A stretch of 64,000 nucleotides of DNA from an uncultured Bacilli bacterium (GCA_947586205.1 CANPXO010000001.1:4164-68163); one strand, 5' to 3'. Positions 46,801 through 58,800 are shown, numbered from the stretch's first letter. The notes: generated by a model from the sequence alone, not told the origin. Translations and numbers: made by a program.

Positions 46801-47331
46801 TACTATACCATCATCACTAATTTCAAGAGTTGAATCATTTCCTTCAAATCCATAATCACTTCCATATGCTGTATCTTTTTCAACAGTATATTTAGCTTCT
46901 TCTGCAATATACTCATAATTGATATATTGAATATCAATCTTTTCTTGATTAAACTTACCTTCACCAACATAATTGGTTTCAGCAGTTAATCCAGTTATCT
47001 CACCAAAATCTGATGCTTTTACAGTTTTAAATTTATAAGCAACCATGTCTTTATAAACGTTATCTGTTTTTACATCTTTTTGATAACGATAACCAGGTAC
47101 TAATTCATTAGCATTAACAGTTCTTGATGAAATCATAATATCTTGTGTATCTAGTAAATAGCTATTTGTAAAAGCATAATTACCAAAAACATAGACATCT
47201 GTTGCTGTAGGACTTATTTCTTTTACTTTCTCAGCAAATTCCTGTAAAGTCATTTCCTTTGCAGAAACAGATGCAGAAAGTCCAAGAAAAGCTACAGCAG
47301 CTAATGAACATAATTTGCCATATTTTTTCAT
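43852..47331 (-). CDS. Large secreted surface protein (hypothetical; ~1160 aa after start adjustment)
   Basis: Signal peptide MKKYGKLCSLAAVAFLGLSASVSA. The sequence is long and T/N/S/D-rich, as expected for an extracellular protein. The start was set at the internal ATG to avoid overlap with the upstream gene. Confidence 0.5.
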   Translation of the reverse strand: MKKYGKLCSLAAVAFLGLSASVSAKEMTLQEFAEKVKEISPTATDVYVFGNYAFTNSYLLDTQDIMISSRTVNANELVPGYRYQKDVKTDNVYKDMVAYKFKTVKASDFGEITGLTAETNYVGEGKFNQEKIDIQYINYEYIAEEAKYTVEKDTAYGSDYGFEGNDSTLEISDDGIVTGLIKIDNEINENVFSEEEKTGYYLAFDLKVTGYRNDTTIKITGLNEKTFTYASFTDNTDRFTADGVTTLKFLASLNPEKDTEKKITIEVDLDGAGEVYEPTKYVIDWSKATIQEVSEAAFTNEIPEADQKDNEERFGYHRNAKETYALDATGKKMTGTVVKQTLTKDSFGEGKSTGYFITLNVKPKYVTEDIDITYTINDKVFHGKYSDLTDGTLTLILKLKDDASTDNTLKIKIDADGNKNDYLSSEEYEIDLSQLEYAIDTEKVVREFISSLKNTNNKFYDAIYNEDGTATINLKLDSFNAITDIKSTGITGGLYKAITTGDFDKISFIYNQTTNGKHEFTSSDASAGATSYQESGAITTAFNQIIATMMTSSDERTPIAANIAGKNFNITFDLKDVLKDVSGHNSYTIKFTVSHNSDVDMSNLATELAKDSAYEKATYANGVIDVVLENNVTASNNVALAKFINSLLASKKYDKIVINNKDFTYNVNHDSEEITNSSELTKAIKEIMDETKGKGLAGTELTIKLITDNLYVTNEAGREATYTIQLTATANTEIGVGSAMGKINGQDFFTLVPVANEDGKVTTYNILLSDATASLSEIEGTGMMDQLEALLATKFYSEVSIDDITADEKDTIASIKLNAVDEQVKATTKKAITDYYQKIIGNGNITALKGRSIEVTLTLADGVTDENAVDGKLVYTINLDVETVVDSTSNIQTESTAFDTQFYNKYEANEDCVKEGSQCILPYDKFDDTEKQAFYMEIGEYKGTDTPNTLTINGISYKKDQMTLFSVGKGAFLEAPIWTIDENHKILVSVVYMNISALPGTNSLVSIGEQNFDVKLFSDSVESKKLTIDTSNGVTTNKAETSKIKVEKTKDSAGHEIDGEYDINLQYTQNNTAFYFHISDGTEIKGSGTTIYRLDETGIGVTECESDATYGAYFSPYVEAGGAVTPDSAPRTLTRKLAIPGKGVIVLHITVQAVASLTE

Positions 47332-47359
47332 AAATATAAACTTCCTTTCTTTATTATTT

Positions 47360-48991
47360 TTATTCATATTTAACAATTGCATCAACTTTTGTTCCATCTT
47401 TTAACATAATTTGTGCTTTTGTTATTTTTACATCGTTTACAACCACATAGGAAACATCAACATAATCTCCGTTAGCAATTGGTGTACCACTGAAATAAAT
47501 TCCTTGATAATCAGTAATAGTTGTTTTTGTTCCTTTTTTAACAGATGTAACAATGTATTGTTTTACAGCTCCAGTTCCAGCTTGAGTATATGGTTTCAAT
47601 GTTACAACATACTCATCTTTAACTGTAATTTTAATAGTGCCTTTAACACCACTACCATCATTTGCAGTCGCAGTAATAACAGCTTCTCCTTCACCAACAG
47701 CTTCAATTTCTCCAGTTGTAAGATTTACTTTAACAGCAGTTGGATTACTTGATGACCAAGTAACGCTTTTGTCTGTCACATCAGTTGGTGTAATATTAGC
47801 CTTTAATGTTTGTTTGGTACCTGTTTTCATTGATGTGCCATTTGGTGCTGTTACATTAATACCAGTTACTTTAACGATTTTATTCGTTACGGTAATTGTA
47901 ACACTTCCAGTCACTTTAGAACCATCACTAGCAGTTGCCGTAATCGTTACGGTTCCAGCTTTTTTAGCTGTCGCAACTCCATTTGCATCTACTGTAGCAA
48001 TATTATTATCACTTGAAGACCAAGTATATGCCTTATTAGAAGCCTCATCTGGAGTCACTTTAGCAGTAACTTTAGCTGTTTCACCAACAACAATAGACTT
48101 TTTGTCTGTAGTTACTTCAATTTTAGTAACTTTTACTTCTTTAACAACAGGTTGATCTGCTTGTTGTTCTGCTTCTTTTACTGTAACAGTATAACTAGCA
48201 GTCTTTCCACCATCTTCAGTTGTAACTGTAATTGTTACGGTTCCAGCTTTTTTACCAGTAACATTTCCATTACTATCTACTGTTGCAACATTTCTATTAC
48301 TTGATTTCCAAGTAACTTTCTTATTTGTTGCATTCTTTGGTGTTACAGTAGCAGTTAATTTAATTGTTTTTCCTACTTCTACTTCTTTTGCACCACTGAT
48401 AGTTACTTTTATTACACTAACATCAGATGCAGGTCTTACAGTAACTGTAATACTCTTGCTATACTTACCATCTTCTGTAGATACAGTGATTGTAACTTCA
48501 CCTTCTTTTAATGCTTTGATATTCCCGTCACTATCTACTGTTGCAATAGATTCATCACTAGATTTCCATACAAGTTTAGCATCTTTAAGTCCTTCTGATA
48601 AAGTAACATTTACTTTTCTTGAACTTCCTACTGTTAAACTTAATGTACTTACATCTAATTCTAGATCTTCTACTTCTTCTGGTTCTGAATCTGAACTCCA
48701 TCTAGCTTTCAAAGTTATATCTCTCGTAATTTTTGTACTAAAGCTAAACTTTACATCATCTAGATACCATCCAGCAAAGGTATAGCCTTCTTTTGTAGGC
48801 GCTGTTGGTTCACTAATTGTGTCATCTTTCTTTACCTTAATTGGACTTACTGTAGTACCACCATTTGAATCAAATGTAACAGTATACTCTTTCACTCCAC
48901 ATCCTTTAATTAGGAAAAAGATAACAATTGCTAAAACAACTAGAACTCCAACAACTATCGCTATTTTCATTCCTTGAGAATCTTTTTTCAT
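47360..48991 (-). CDS. N-terminally anchored surface protein with one Listeria-Bacteroides (Flg_new) repeat and five Big_2 Ig-like domains
   Basis: A TM anchor, then YTVTFDSNGG...EGYTFAGWY (the Flg_new hallmark), then repeated ..TVDSNGNVT.KKAGTVTITVT.. Big_2 modules. Confidence 0.65.
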   Translation of the reverse strand: MKKDSQGMKIAIVVGVLVVLAIVIFFLIKGCGVKEYTVTFDSNGGTTVSPIKVKKDDTISEPTAPTKEGYTFAGWYLDDVKFSFSTKITRDITLKARWSSDSEPEEVEDLELDVSTLSLTVGSSRKVNVTLSEGLKDAKLVWKSSDESIATVDSDGNIKALKEGEVTITVSTEDGKYSKSITVTVRPASDVSVIKVTISGAKEVEVGKTIKLTATVTPKNATNKKVTWKSSNRNVATVDSNGNVTGKKAGTVTITVTTEDGGKTASYTVTVKEAEQQADQPVVKEVKVTKIEVTTDKKSIVVGETAKVTAKVTPDEASNKAYTWSSSDNNIATVDANGVATAKKAGTVTITATASDGSKVTGSVTITVTNKIVKVTGINVTAPNGTSMKTGTKQTLKANITPTDVTDKSVTWSSSNPTAVKVNLTTGEIEAVGEGEAVITATANDGSGVKGTIKITVKDEYVVTLKPYTQAGTGAVKQYIVTSVKKGTKTTITDYQGIYFSGTPIANGDYVDVSYVVVNDVKITKAQIMLKDGTKVDAIVKYE

Positions 48992-49335
48992 AATTTTTAC
49001 TCCTTTCTTATTTTTTCATTTTTCATATATCAAATATTTTCCTTTTTCCAAAGCATTAAAAAATAAGAAAAATATTTTTAATATGCATACTTCATTTTCT
49101 AAATATTTTTCTTACCTCACCTCTCTTAAAACTTAAGCGAAAGTCCTGTATTTACATACTCTTCCCACGCTTTACAAGCCTATTATAGCATAAAGTTTTC
49201 AAAAAAACTAGACATTTCGTGTCGTCTTTTTAAATTTTATGTAAAGAAGCATGTTTTATGAAAAAAAGCCGATATAAACTAAAAAAGTGAGATTGCTCTC
49301 ACTCTTAAATGTTACTAGAAATACTAGCATTAAAA

Positions 49336-52300
49336 TTAGTTAGATGTCCCCGTAGCTTCAATGGTTATATCCGTTGTAGCATATTGAGAATCAAAATCAA
49401 AGTTCCAATCAGTAACTGTATAAGTTTTTCCATTATAAGTTACTTTATTATCTTTATCTGATATTTTTGGAATTGGAGAATCATTAGGAACTTTTATAGT
49501 ATAGACTGTATCTTCTCCTATTTTGTATGTAATTGTGTGTGGATTTGCTATGTTTTCATCAGTTGCAAAGAAGAAGTATGTATTTTTATTAATATTTGTA
49601 CTTGCCATTGAACCATAATGAGGAGTACAAGCAAGTCCATTACATCCAAATTTGTCAGCAATACCCAATTCTCTATTATTGGTAATTGGTATTGGTTCAG
49701 ACATCTGTAGTGCTTCAACTGTGATACCATTTTTTAAAGAATGATAAAATTGACTTCCGGAAAATGGATTAGGAACTTGTTGAGCAACTACTCGATAAGC
49801 CATAGTAAACATACCATTTTCATTATCACTTGCTTTCCATGTCTTACCATCTCCTTCTGAATTTAATGGTAAAGATGCCATAGAGAAATTACCAATATGA
49901 ACTTTATTTTCTTGTGACCATAACTCTGCATAAGTATCACTAGGATCTTGATCTAAAGAATTTAATTTAATAGGTGTCGTCGTCTTAACAATTAAACTTG
50001 GAACATATACAATTAAATCGTTTTCTGGAATTTCAATATAAAATGCTTTCTTATTTTTATTTACTATTACATTTGATGTTTGTTTTGGAGAGCTTGTTAA
50101 AGAATTAACATTCTCATAAAGCCCAAAAGAAATAGAATCTATATATGGTTTTTCCCACCATATAGCATACAAAGTGGTATTTCCAGTATAAGTATGTTTC
50201 GTACCTGGATCAGCATAAGTATATTCGTCAACAAATGAAGCATCGACTTCTTTTTTAGTATAACCTACTATACTTGATAAATCATCATCAACCGTACTAT
50301 TTTTTGTACTCCAACCACCAAATACATATTCATTACCACGTGCAGTTTTATCAATAGTTGGTAATTTTTCTTCATCAAACGTAAGATTTAAAGTTAATTC
50401 TTGATTTTTTGAAGTAGTCAAATCTTTTGTAATAACATATTTCTGTTCTTTTAATTCTATCTTATCCATACAATTTTGGCTATCTATTTGACAAGTTTTT
50501 AAATTAGGTATTAAATATTTAGGTTCATTATTATTAGATTTCAAATTTTCATAATATGTTACAACATTTACAACATCTTGTAATTCGCACTCTTCTCCAA
50601 CAGTACATGTTACAGTTTTATCAACACCAGTTCCATTTTTCTTATATTTTACAGTATAAGTAATTTTTTCGACAGGTGCGAATAAAATAGTATATTGAGT
50701 TGGTAAGTTTTTATCTGTATCTACATACAAATTAATTTTTACTGTTATTTTATATCTTTCACTATCATTGCCATCTGCATATAATTTAGATACTGGATAA
50801 TTGTAATTGCCTGTTTGCCCAAACTGATTAATGTCTGAGTTAAAATCAAACGTGAAAGTACTCAAGTTAGTTCTATCGTATGTGCCTTTTGTACCATTTT
50901 TAAACTCTACCTCAATATTTTTTACAAATTCATTTTCAAAGAATTTATGAATAGCTGTGTTCACACCCATTTGGAAAATTGCTTCATAAGCAGTCGCATC
51001 TGGATCTTTATATCTAAATGTAATTGTACCACTATCTCTTGAATCCATATCTAAATCAGGTTTAGTTTTATTAAATACACTTAAGGCTTCTGTACCACTT
51101 TCATCAATCTTCTCTTTTTGTATTAATGCTTGAAAATTAATTGTATAATCTAATTCATTTTTCTTGTCTTTAGTAGTTGCCTTTTCTGGGTCTAAAATCA
51201 CTCTAATTTTTGCATTTTTATCATGAATTTTAGACATAGGATTAATAATTCCTACAACTTTATTTAATGCTCCTGTAAGAGCTTGAGAAGAAAACAAAAA
51301 TTCCTCTTCTCCATCAAATTGAATATAAATTTCCTTAAAATTATCCTGTTCTAAAATACTTTGAATTTTTCCTGCAAATGGCATTAATTTTGGAACAAAT
51401 GCTGTAAATTTTTGCTTTGCACCACTAATATATGCGGTAACTTTATTATTTTCTTCATAAACTTTAGAAACAAATGAACTATCTACACCATCCATTACTA
51501 ATTTATCAAATTCTGTTAATGTTAACACTTCTAACCAATGAGCAGTAATTTCTTCATCTTGAGAAATAGTATAATCATTAAGTTCACTTTCTTCAATGTC
51601 ACCCTCATCATCTTCAAAATCTTTAAAATAATAATCTTCTGTATCAGTTAATTTTTCTAGAGTTTTCTTTTCTGTTTCAAACACAGCATATAGATTGATT
51701 TCTTCTCCATCTTCTTTTGGAATAACAAGGTCATTTTTATCATATTCAATATCACTAGAACCACTACTTGTTGCCCAACCAGCAAATTCATTATTAAACT
51801 CAATCTTTTGTTCACTGCTTTCATCTGCTGCCTCTGAATGTTTAATTGTTAAAGTATAAGGATCTTTACTATAAGTAATATCATCTAAAGTGATACCTTC
51901 CTCATAAGTTTTCTCTTTGACTTGTTCACTTCCACCATTTTCATCATGATATTTTACAGTAAATGAATTACCAGCACTTTCTAAAGTAACCTCATTTTTA
52001 CCATCATCAATTTTATAAGTAAATGTTTCTGTTTTATCGTTATTAGTAAGCGCAGCCTTTAATAATTCATGACTGATTAAATGATATCCATCTTTGGCAT
52101 TTGAGGTAATGTTTACTTCTTCTTCATAGTAATACTTATCACTTTCATGATATTCTTTTTCATCAACAGTAAAATTTTTAATACCATCTGTAGCTATGAC
52201 TGTTAAAGTATACTGTTTTCTTACATAATAGTATTTTAAAACAGTTGTACCATTCCCATCAATAGTTGGTAATTCATCGATAACTTTACCATTTTCACTT

Positions 52301-55300
52301 TCTTTTAATACTGGATCTTCAAAACCTTTTTTATTTTTTTCAGGTTCAAATACAACCTGAGTATCTGTCGTACCATTTTGATTAAGAGTAGTATCTGCTT
52401 CTTCTTTATAATGTCCTTCTGTATCCATATAATAGTACTCTACTTTATATGGTGTATCTTCTTTGGCAGTAAAGCTCTTATCACTTAATGTGAGAGACAT
52501 TTCTCCAAAACTTCCTTTTGGTATTTTTGTAACAAGTTCTTCTGTTCCATTTTTTACCCAACCATTAAAGGTATATCCAGGTTTTGTTGGTACTGGCAAC
52601 GTTTTTTCTTCATCTTCAATTGTATAAGTTGTATTATTACAATCATTACAAGTGACACCTTGTACTCCAGATGTATCATATTTAATATTATAATTAACAA
52701 CGTTCCATTCTGTTGTTATCTCTTCACTTTTTTCTACTTTAAATCCTTTATAATTTTCTTGAGGAATTTCTTCATTATTTAATTTAAAGCCCTTAAATTC
52801 ATAGCCATTCATATTTGGTACCTCTAAATCATAAGTCTCAGCTTCAAATACAGCATATAAATCTAAAGTTACATTATTATCATTTGGAACATAATTTTCT
52901 AGACTATCACAATCTTGGTATGATACTTCTTGATTATTTTGTTTTGTTGACCAACCTTTAAAACGATTTTGGATAGTGATGATTTCACTTTTCCCTTTTT
53001 CCTTATAGTCTTTTATAGTTAAAGTATAATCATCTTTTGTAATAGTATTTTCTTTAAGAGAATAACTACTTCCATATACAAAAGTATCTGAAACCATTTC
53101 TGAATTTGTTCCATCTTCTTTATGATAGTTTACCGTAAACTGATTGCCTTCACTTTCAATAGTAACTGTGTTGTCTCCATCCACAATTTCATAAGTTATA
53201 GTGCTTTCTTTTAAATGATATCCATTTTTAGCAGTAGCTGTTACAGTAACTTGAGATTCAAAATAATACTCAGTTTCTTCTAAATATTCCTTTCCATTTA
53301 CTTTAAAGTTTTCTACTCCATCCGTTTTAACTACGTTTAATGTAAATTTCTTTCTTTCATAGTAATATTTTAAAACTGTTTTTCCATTTCCATTAATAGT
53401 TGGAGTATTTGTAATTACTTCTCCTGTAGCACTTTCTTTTAAAACTGGATTTTTAAAACCTTTTTCTTTTACTTCAGGAGTAAATGTAATTTCACTATCA
53501 GTAACCCCATGCTCCTCTTTCGTTGCATTTGGTTCTGTTGGATATTGTCCATCTTTATCCATATAATAGTATTCTATTTTATATGGAGTATTTTCGTTTG
53601 CTGTAAAACTTTTCTCACTTAAAGATAATGTTAATTCTCCAAAACTTTCTTTTGGTATTTCTTTAATGAGTTCATCTGTTCCGTTTTTTACCCAACCATT
53701 AAAAGTATATCCAGGTCTTATTGGTGTTGGTAAAGAAACGATATCACTTTCAATATTGTATTTTTTAGTTGTACAATCCGTACAAGTTACATCTTTAATT
53801 CCATTGGTATCAAACGTAATAGAATAATCAACTAATTCCCATTCCGTAGTAATTTCTTCATCTTTTTCTACTTTAAAGTTCTTATAATCTTCTTTGGAAA
53901 TTTCTTTGCCATTTAACATGAATCCTTTAAATTCATAACCATTTATACTTGGTTCTTTTAATTCATAATTTTCTGTTTCAAATACTGCATATAAATTTAA
54001 GGTATCATTATCTTTACTAGGGATATAAGTTTCTAATTTATCTACATCATTATAAATTTTCTTACCACTTTTTGATGTAGCCCATCCACTAAAATTATTT
54101 TTAATAGAAACTGTTTCATCTTTATCTTTTCCATTATAATCTTTTATAGTAAATGTATATGGTTCTTTTGTGATGACATTTTCTTTAAGTGCATATGTTT
54201 CTCCATACACAAAAGAATCTGATTCCATATTTGAAGGAGTTCCATCTTCATTATAATAATTTACTGTGAACTCATTTCCTGCACTTTCAATAGAAATAGC
54301 ATTTTCTCCCTCAGTAACTACATAGTTATACACACCATCATCTAATAGATGATAACCTTCTTTGGCGAAAGCACGCACATTTATTTCTTCTTCAAAGTAA
54401 TACTTTTCTTTTTGAGGATAAGTTACATTGACTTCATCTTCATTATAAGAAATCACAACAGGATATTGTTTTCTCTCATAATAATATTTTAAAACTGTTT
54501 TACCATTTCCATCAATGGTTGGTAATTTTTCTCCATCTAATTTTGGAGATTCAAAACCATTTTTATTCTGAGGAACATAAGTAGGTAATTCATCTGTAGT
54601 TCCTTTTGTGATTTCTTTATCAACTGTTTCTTTCAGACTATATTTTCCTGTAGTATCCATATAATAAAGTTCTACTGTATAAGGAGTATCTTCTTTTGCT
54701 TTAAAGATAGCTTCCACAGTAATATCCTCAAAATAAGTATTAGGTTCTATTTCTGTTCCTTCTATTTCTTTTCCATTGATTTTCCATCCAATAAAGTCAT
54801 AACCATTCTTAGTTGGTGTACCAAAAGATAATTTTGTTTGAATCGTATATTTATCTTTTAAAGGAATATTCGTTTTTCCACCATTAAGTTCATAAGTAAT
54901 TTGATATTCTTTTAACTTTGTTGTGACTTTTAATCTTTCATCTTTTAAACCTATTTCATAATCAAAAGAAGTTTCTTGTTTTTGATTAGACCATTTGTCT
55001 AATTCATAACCAGAGTTTAAAAGAACACTCACCTTTACTTTTGATTGATAATAATATTTTCCGCTGCCAGATGTTTCCTTTACTCCACTATCTCCTGTTA
55101 CTTCTAAAGTAAATTGTTTTCTTTCGTAGTAATATCTGACTAAGATCGTATCGTTTTCAGAAAGAGTAATTTCCTCTTCTATTGGACTCATAAATCCAAT
55201 AAAATCTTTTACTCCAGGAGATACTTTACTTCCACTTTCTCCTACTTTTGTTTCAGAAATATTTGGTGTGTTAGGGTAAATTCCATTGGTATCCATAAGA

Positions 55301-55854
55301 TAATGTTCCACAATATATTGAGCTTTATGAGAAACTTCTTTATTCACCGTAGGTTTAGAATTTATTTTTTCCCATTTTGCTTCTATATTAAGATTTCCTG
55401 TAATCTTACTATTAAAATCATATTTTTCTTCTCCATTGTACCAACCAAGAAATTTATACCCTTTTCTTGTTGGAGTACTTGGTTCTTCTAAAGTATCTTC
55501 AAACTCGATTTCTTTTGTTTGAATACTACTTCCATCTCCTAAATCGATTGTAATGGTATATTTATTCTTAGTAAATCTAGCTTCTAAAACCATATTTTCA
55601 TCAATTGGTGTATCAAGAGAGAATAACTCTCCATCTACATACCAACCAGCAAAAGTATAACCATCTTTAACAGGGTTTTGAACTCCACTTAAAGTATCAC
55701 CTTTGTGTAAATTTGCTTGATAGAAGACTCCACTATCAACCTTTAATTCCACTTTATATTCTTTACTACATGATAGGAATAATAGCAAAATTATAATTCC
55801 TATTGCTAGTACAAAACCTATCATCATTACTATTTTTTTATTCTTCATATACAA
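49336..55854 (-). CDS. Giant (2172 aa) N-terminally anchored surface protein with multiple Flg_new repeats and three ~340-aa tandem modules
   Basis: An N-terminal signal anchor, with recurring GYTFAGWY, GYDFIGWK, GYEFKGF and GYTFNGWV motifs. There are three near-identical long internal repeats, at about 52.2-55.4 kb in the DNA. Confidence 0.65.
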   Translation of the reverse strand: MYMKNKKIVMMIGFVLAIGIIILLLFLSCSKEYKVELKVDSGVFYQANLHKGDTLSGVQNPVKDGYTFAGWYVDGELFSLDTPIDENMVLEARFTKNKYTITIDLGDGSSIQTKEIEFEDTLEEPSTPTRKGYKFLGWYNGEEKYDFNSKITGNLNIEAKWEKINSKPTVNKEVSHKAQYIVEHYLMDTNGIYPNTPNISETKVGESGSKVSPGVKDFIGFMSPIEEEITLSENDTILVRYYYERKQFTLEVTGDSGVKETSGSGKYYYQSKVKVSVLLNSGYELDKWSNQKQETSFDYEIGLKDERLKVTTKLKEYQITYELNGGKTNIPLKDKYTIQTKLSFGTPTKNGYDFIGWKINGKEIEGTEIEPNTYFEDITVEAIFKAKEDTPYTVELYYMDTTGKYSLKETVDKEITKGTTDELPTYVPQNKNGFESPKLDGEKLPTIDGNGKTVLKYYYERKQYPVVISYNEDEVNVTYPQKEKYYFEEEINVRAFAKEGYHLLDDGVYNYVVTEGENAISIESAGNEFTVNYYNEDGTPSNMESDSFVYGETYALKENVITKEPYTFTIKDYNGKDKDETVSIKNNFSGWATSKSGKKIYNDVDKLETYIPSKDNDTLNLYAVFETENYELKEPSINGYEFKGFMLNGKEISKEDYKNFKVEKDEEITTEWELVDYSITFDTNGIKDVTCTDCTTKKYNIESDIVSLPTPIRPGYTFNGWVKNGTDELIKEIPKESFGELTLSLSEKSFTANENTPYKIEYYYMDKDGQYPTEPNATKEEHGVTDSEITFTPEVKEKGFKNPVLKESATGEVITNTPTINGNGKTVLKYYYERKKFTLNVVKTDGVENFKVNGKEYLEETEYYFESQVTVTATAKNGYHLKESTITYEIVDGDNTVTIESEGNQFTVNYHKEDGTNSEMVSDTFVYGSSYSLKENTITKDDYTLTIKDYKEKGKSEIITIQNRFKGWSTKQNNQEVSYQDCDSLENYVPNDNNVTLDLYAVFEAETYDLEVPNMNGYEFKGFKLNNEEIPQENYKGFKVEKSEEITTEWNVVNYNIKYDTSGVQGVTCNDCNNTTYTIEDEEKTLPVPTKPGYTFNGWVKNGTEELVTKIPKGSFGEMSLTLSDKSFTAKEDTPYKVEYYYMDTEGHYKEEADTTLNQNGTTDTQVVFEPEKNKKGFEDPVLKESENGKVIDELPTIDGNGTTVLKYYYVRKQYTLTVIATDGIKNFTVDEKEYHESDKYYYEEEVNITSNAKDGYHLISHELLKAALTNNDKTETFTYKIDDGKNEVTLESAGNSFTVKYHDENGGSEQVKEKTYEEGITLDDITYSKDPYTLTIKHSEAADESSEQKIEFNNEFAGWATSSGSSDIEYDKNDLVIPKEDGEEINLYAVFETEKKTLEKLTDTEDYYFKDFEDDEGDIEESELNDYTISQDEEITAHWLEVLTLTEFDKLVMDGVDSSFVSKVYEENNKVTAYISGAKQKFTAFVPKLMPFAGKIQSILEQDNFKEIYIQFDGEEEFLFSSQALTGALNKVVGIINPMSKIHDKNAKIRVILDPEKATTKDKKNELDYTINFQALIQKEKIDESGTEALSVFNKTKPDLDMDSRDSGTITFRYKDPDATAYEAIFQMGVNTAIHKFFENEFVKNIEVEFKNGTKGTYDRTNLSTFTFDFNSDINQFGQTGNYNYPVSKLYADGNDSERYKITVKINLYVDTDKNLPTQYTILFAPVEKITYTVKYKKNGTGVDKTVTCTVGEECELQDVVNVVTYYENLKSNNNEPKYLIPNLKTCQIDSQNCMDKIELKEQKYVITKDLTTSKNQELTLNLTFDEEKLPTIDKTARGNEYVFGGWSTKNSTVDDDLSSIVGYTKKEVDASFVDEYTYADPGTKHTYTGNTTLYAIWWEKPYIDSISFGLYENVNSLTSSPKQTSNVIVNKNKKAFYIEIPENDLIVYVPSLIVKTTTPIKLNSLDQDPSDTYAELWSQENKVHIGNFSMASLPLNSEGDGKTWKASDNENGMFTMAYRVVAQQVPNPFSGSQFYHSLKNGITVEALQMSEPIPITNNRELGIADKFGCNGLACTPHYGSMASTNINKNTYFFFATDENIANPHTITYKIGEDTVYTIKVPNDSPIPKISDKDNKVTYNGKTYTVTDWNFDFDSQYATTDITIEATGTSN

Positions 55855-55864
55855 ACCTCACCTT

Positions 55865-58800
55865 TTATTGTTTACTTTCAAATTCTTCTGGTCGAACTAC
55901 TTCTACATGATAAATGTTATTTACACCATCTTCATAGACATAGCCCTCACCTAAATCAATACGCATATACATTGGTCTATCTATTGTGGTTCCATTTTTA
56001 ACGTTAAATAAACCAATATCACCTAAACCTAAAGCTTCAAGCATACTTACTGCAAATGGAAGTAAAGCTCCCATTCCTCCATCAATCATTTGTTTATCCA
56101 CTGTTCCTAAAGCTTCTACAAAATAATTTTTTGAATTTTCTTCATCTGAATAAACAGAAATGATTGCCTGTAATACTTCTGGATGGTTAAAGAAAGCATT
56201 CATACAATTATTTAATCCAGTTCCACCCGTAAGTATTGTAGAGCCTACCGCTTCTTCTTCGATTTCTTTCTTATAAGTAGCATATACTGTATTACCAATT
56301 CTTTTTGCCTTATATGGCTTATTTACGCTTTTATTTATTTCTGTAATTCCCGAATCAGCAATTGCGTCTAATGTTGCCTGAGTAACAACTTTCTCTGTAT
56401 TTTTTGTAAGAGTATACTCAACATGATAAGTAGCAACGGTAGTTCCATTCTTTTCTTTCGCATATTCTTCATCAAAATTTACTATAATCATTAGTTTTTT
56501 CTTCCATAAAGAGCCTAAATGTTTTTCTTCTACCGTATTTTTTGAGGTGATTGAATTCAAAAATGTTGCTATTTTTTCTTTGATATTATCTTCTTTTGAT
56601 AGAGTGATAGAATTACTTGCAATAGTTCTAAGTAATGAAGATGGACTATCTTCCAAAGAGATTTCAATATTTTTTACATCATTACTTTGTAAAATAGTAC
56701 TTAATCTCTTCACATCATTTTCATTTACCAAAGCATTCGTTACATCTAATATGTCAATGCTATAAGAATTGTCTTTCACTTCCGTTGGTTTTAAATCTTT
56801 TCTACCCTCTGTTATTAGCTTTTCTTTAATATATTTATTGGAATCAATAATTTTTAAATATTCAGCTGTTAATGTTGTGTCTTTTGTTAATGTTATAGAA
56901 CCACCTAATGAATAATTAGAATTACCATCCGTAAAATCTTTAAAATCATATGTATAATAATCTTCAGTTGCCTTTTTAGTAGGTTCTTGTTCTTCTATTT
57001 TAACAGTAGGATCAGTCCACTGTGCGACTAAAGTAATCTCTTTTCCCTTTTCAGAAGTTAAATTACCTAAATCTTGATCAACTTGATAAGTCTCACCATC
57101 TAATTGCCAACCAGTAAAAGTTGCATTACCAGTTTCTTTCTTTTGGTTTTCACCATTATCATAATTATAAGTTAACTCGAATGATTTCACAAACTCACCC
57201 ATAGCTTTTGTCTCGACATCATAAGTTGCTGTCACTTTTTCTTGACTGTTTCCATTATGATTGCCACCATTACCATCAAAGATAATCGTATATGTAATTG
57301 GAGTCCAATGAGCTTTTAAAGTTAAATTTTCATTTACATCATTTAAATTTTCAATTCTTGTTTGATCATCTTTATACCAACCTGCAAAATCATAACCCGT
57401 TCTTTCTACACTTTTTAAAGTAGTAGTGGTTTCATCGATTTTCCATTCAGCATCTAAAGTAACAGTACCATCTTTTTCACTTGTTAAATTTGTTACGTTA
57501 CTTTCATTAGAATATTTATTGTTGTTATATATCCAATTTTCAAAATTATAACTTACAGTTTGTTGTTCTTGTATGTTAGTTTCATCATTTTTATCATATG
57601 TAATGGTATATTTTCTTTCAAAAATATTATTCTCTAATTTGCATTCTTGATCATAAGTACAAGAAGTTGAAGACATATTAGCTTCTCTATTAGTATTGCC
57701 ATTTCCATTATATTTTATTGTATATTGATTTGCTTTCCAAACTGCATATAGAGTGACCTCTCCATTATTGGCATCTGTTAAATTATTGGCTTTTGTAATA
57801 CAATCTGTACAATTTTCAACAGATTCTTCGTGCTTATGTAAACTCCAACCTAAGAATGTGTAACCATCTCTTTGATAAGCTTGCTTAGTTAATTCTTTTT
57901 CCTCATCGTAGATACATTCGGTATTTTCTACCATTCCAGTTGGTTCACTACTACCAAGTCCTTTATTACTATCATATTTTATATGATAATGATTAGCTTC
58001 CCAACGAGCCTTTAACGTTAAATCTTTAGAAATATTATCTAGTGATGTAACAAGATTGTCATTGTCATACCACCCAACAAAATGATATCCAGTTTTAGTT
58101 ACTTCTTTTAAAGTAGTAGTATTTTTATCAACAATCCACTCTACTTTTAATGTAACTACTTGATTTTCTACTGCAGTTAAATTTCGAACTTCATCACCAT
58201 CTTCAAATGTTTCAGAGTTATATGTCCAATTTTTAAAATTATATTTGACAACTTGAGTAGTATTTTCATTTTCATAAGTAACATTGTACTCTTTCTTAAA
58301 TGCATTTGATGTTAATTTGCATGGTTCATCATAAGTACACGTAATATCATCCATAGAACCTGTAGTAGGTGTATTTCCATCAAAATGAATTTTATATGTA
58401 ATTGGAGTCCAATGAGCTTTTATTGTTATTGCATAATCAGGCATCGTATCAGAATCAAAGTTCCATGCTTCAGATAAATCTTCTTTATACCAGCCATCAA
58501 ATTTATAACCTTCTCTTGTTGGCTGTTCTTCTAACTCTTTAATATGGGAACCAACTTCTTGATTTAAAATTGCTTTTTCAGCTTTACCATCTTTAAAGAC
58601 TCCACCATTGGCATCAAAGATCACAGTATCTTTATGAATTTCCCATTTAGCATATAAAGAAACATCTTCATCAGGCATCACATCTTTTTCAAAATTCCAT
58701 TGTTCCTCTGTATCTTTCTTATACCAACCTAAAAAGTCATATCCATCTTTTACTGGGTCTTCTGGTTTAGAAATCGTCTTGCCATAATATTCTTTTTGTT

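Noticed and set aside
47411-48785. Several plus-strand ORFs (113, 172, 109 aa) inside the Big_2 protein gene, and similar antisense ORFs at 23749..23976, 33311..33556, 41036..41419 and 63197..63910
   Set aside because: They are antisense shadows of repetitive, compositionally biased coding regions (Ser/Thr/Val or Leu/Phe rich). They have no RBS and no conservation.
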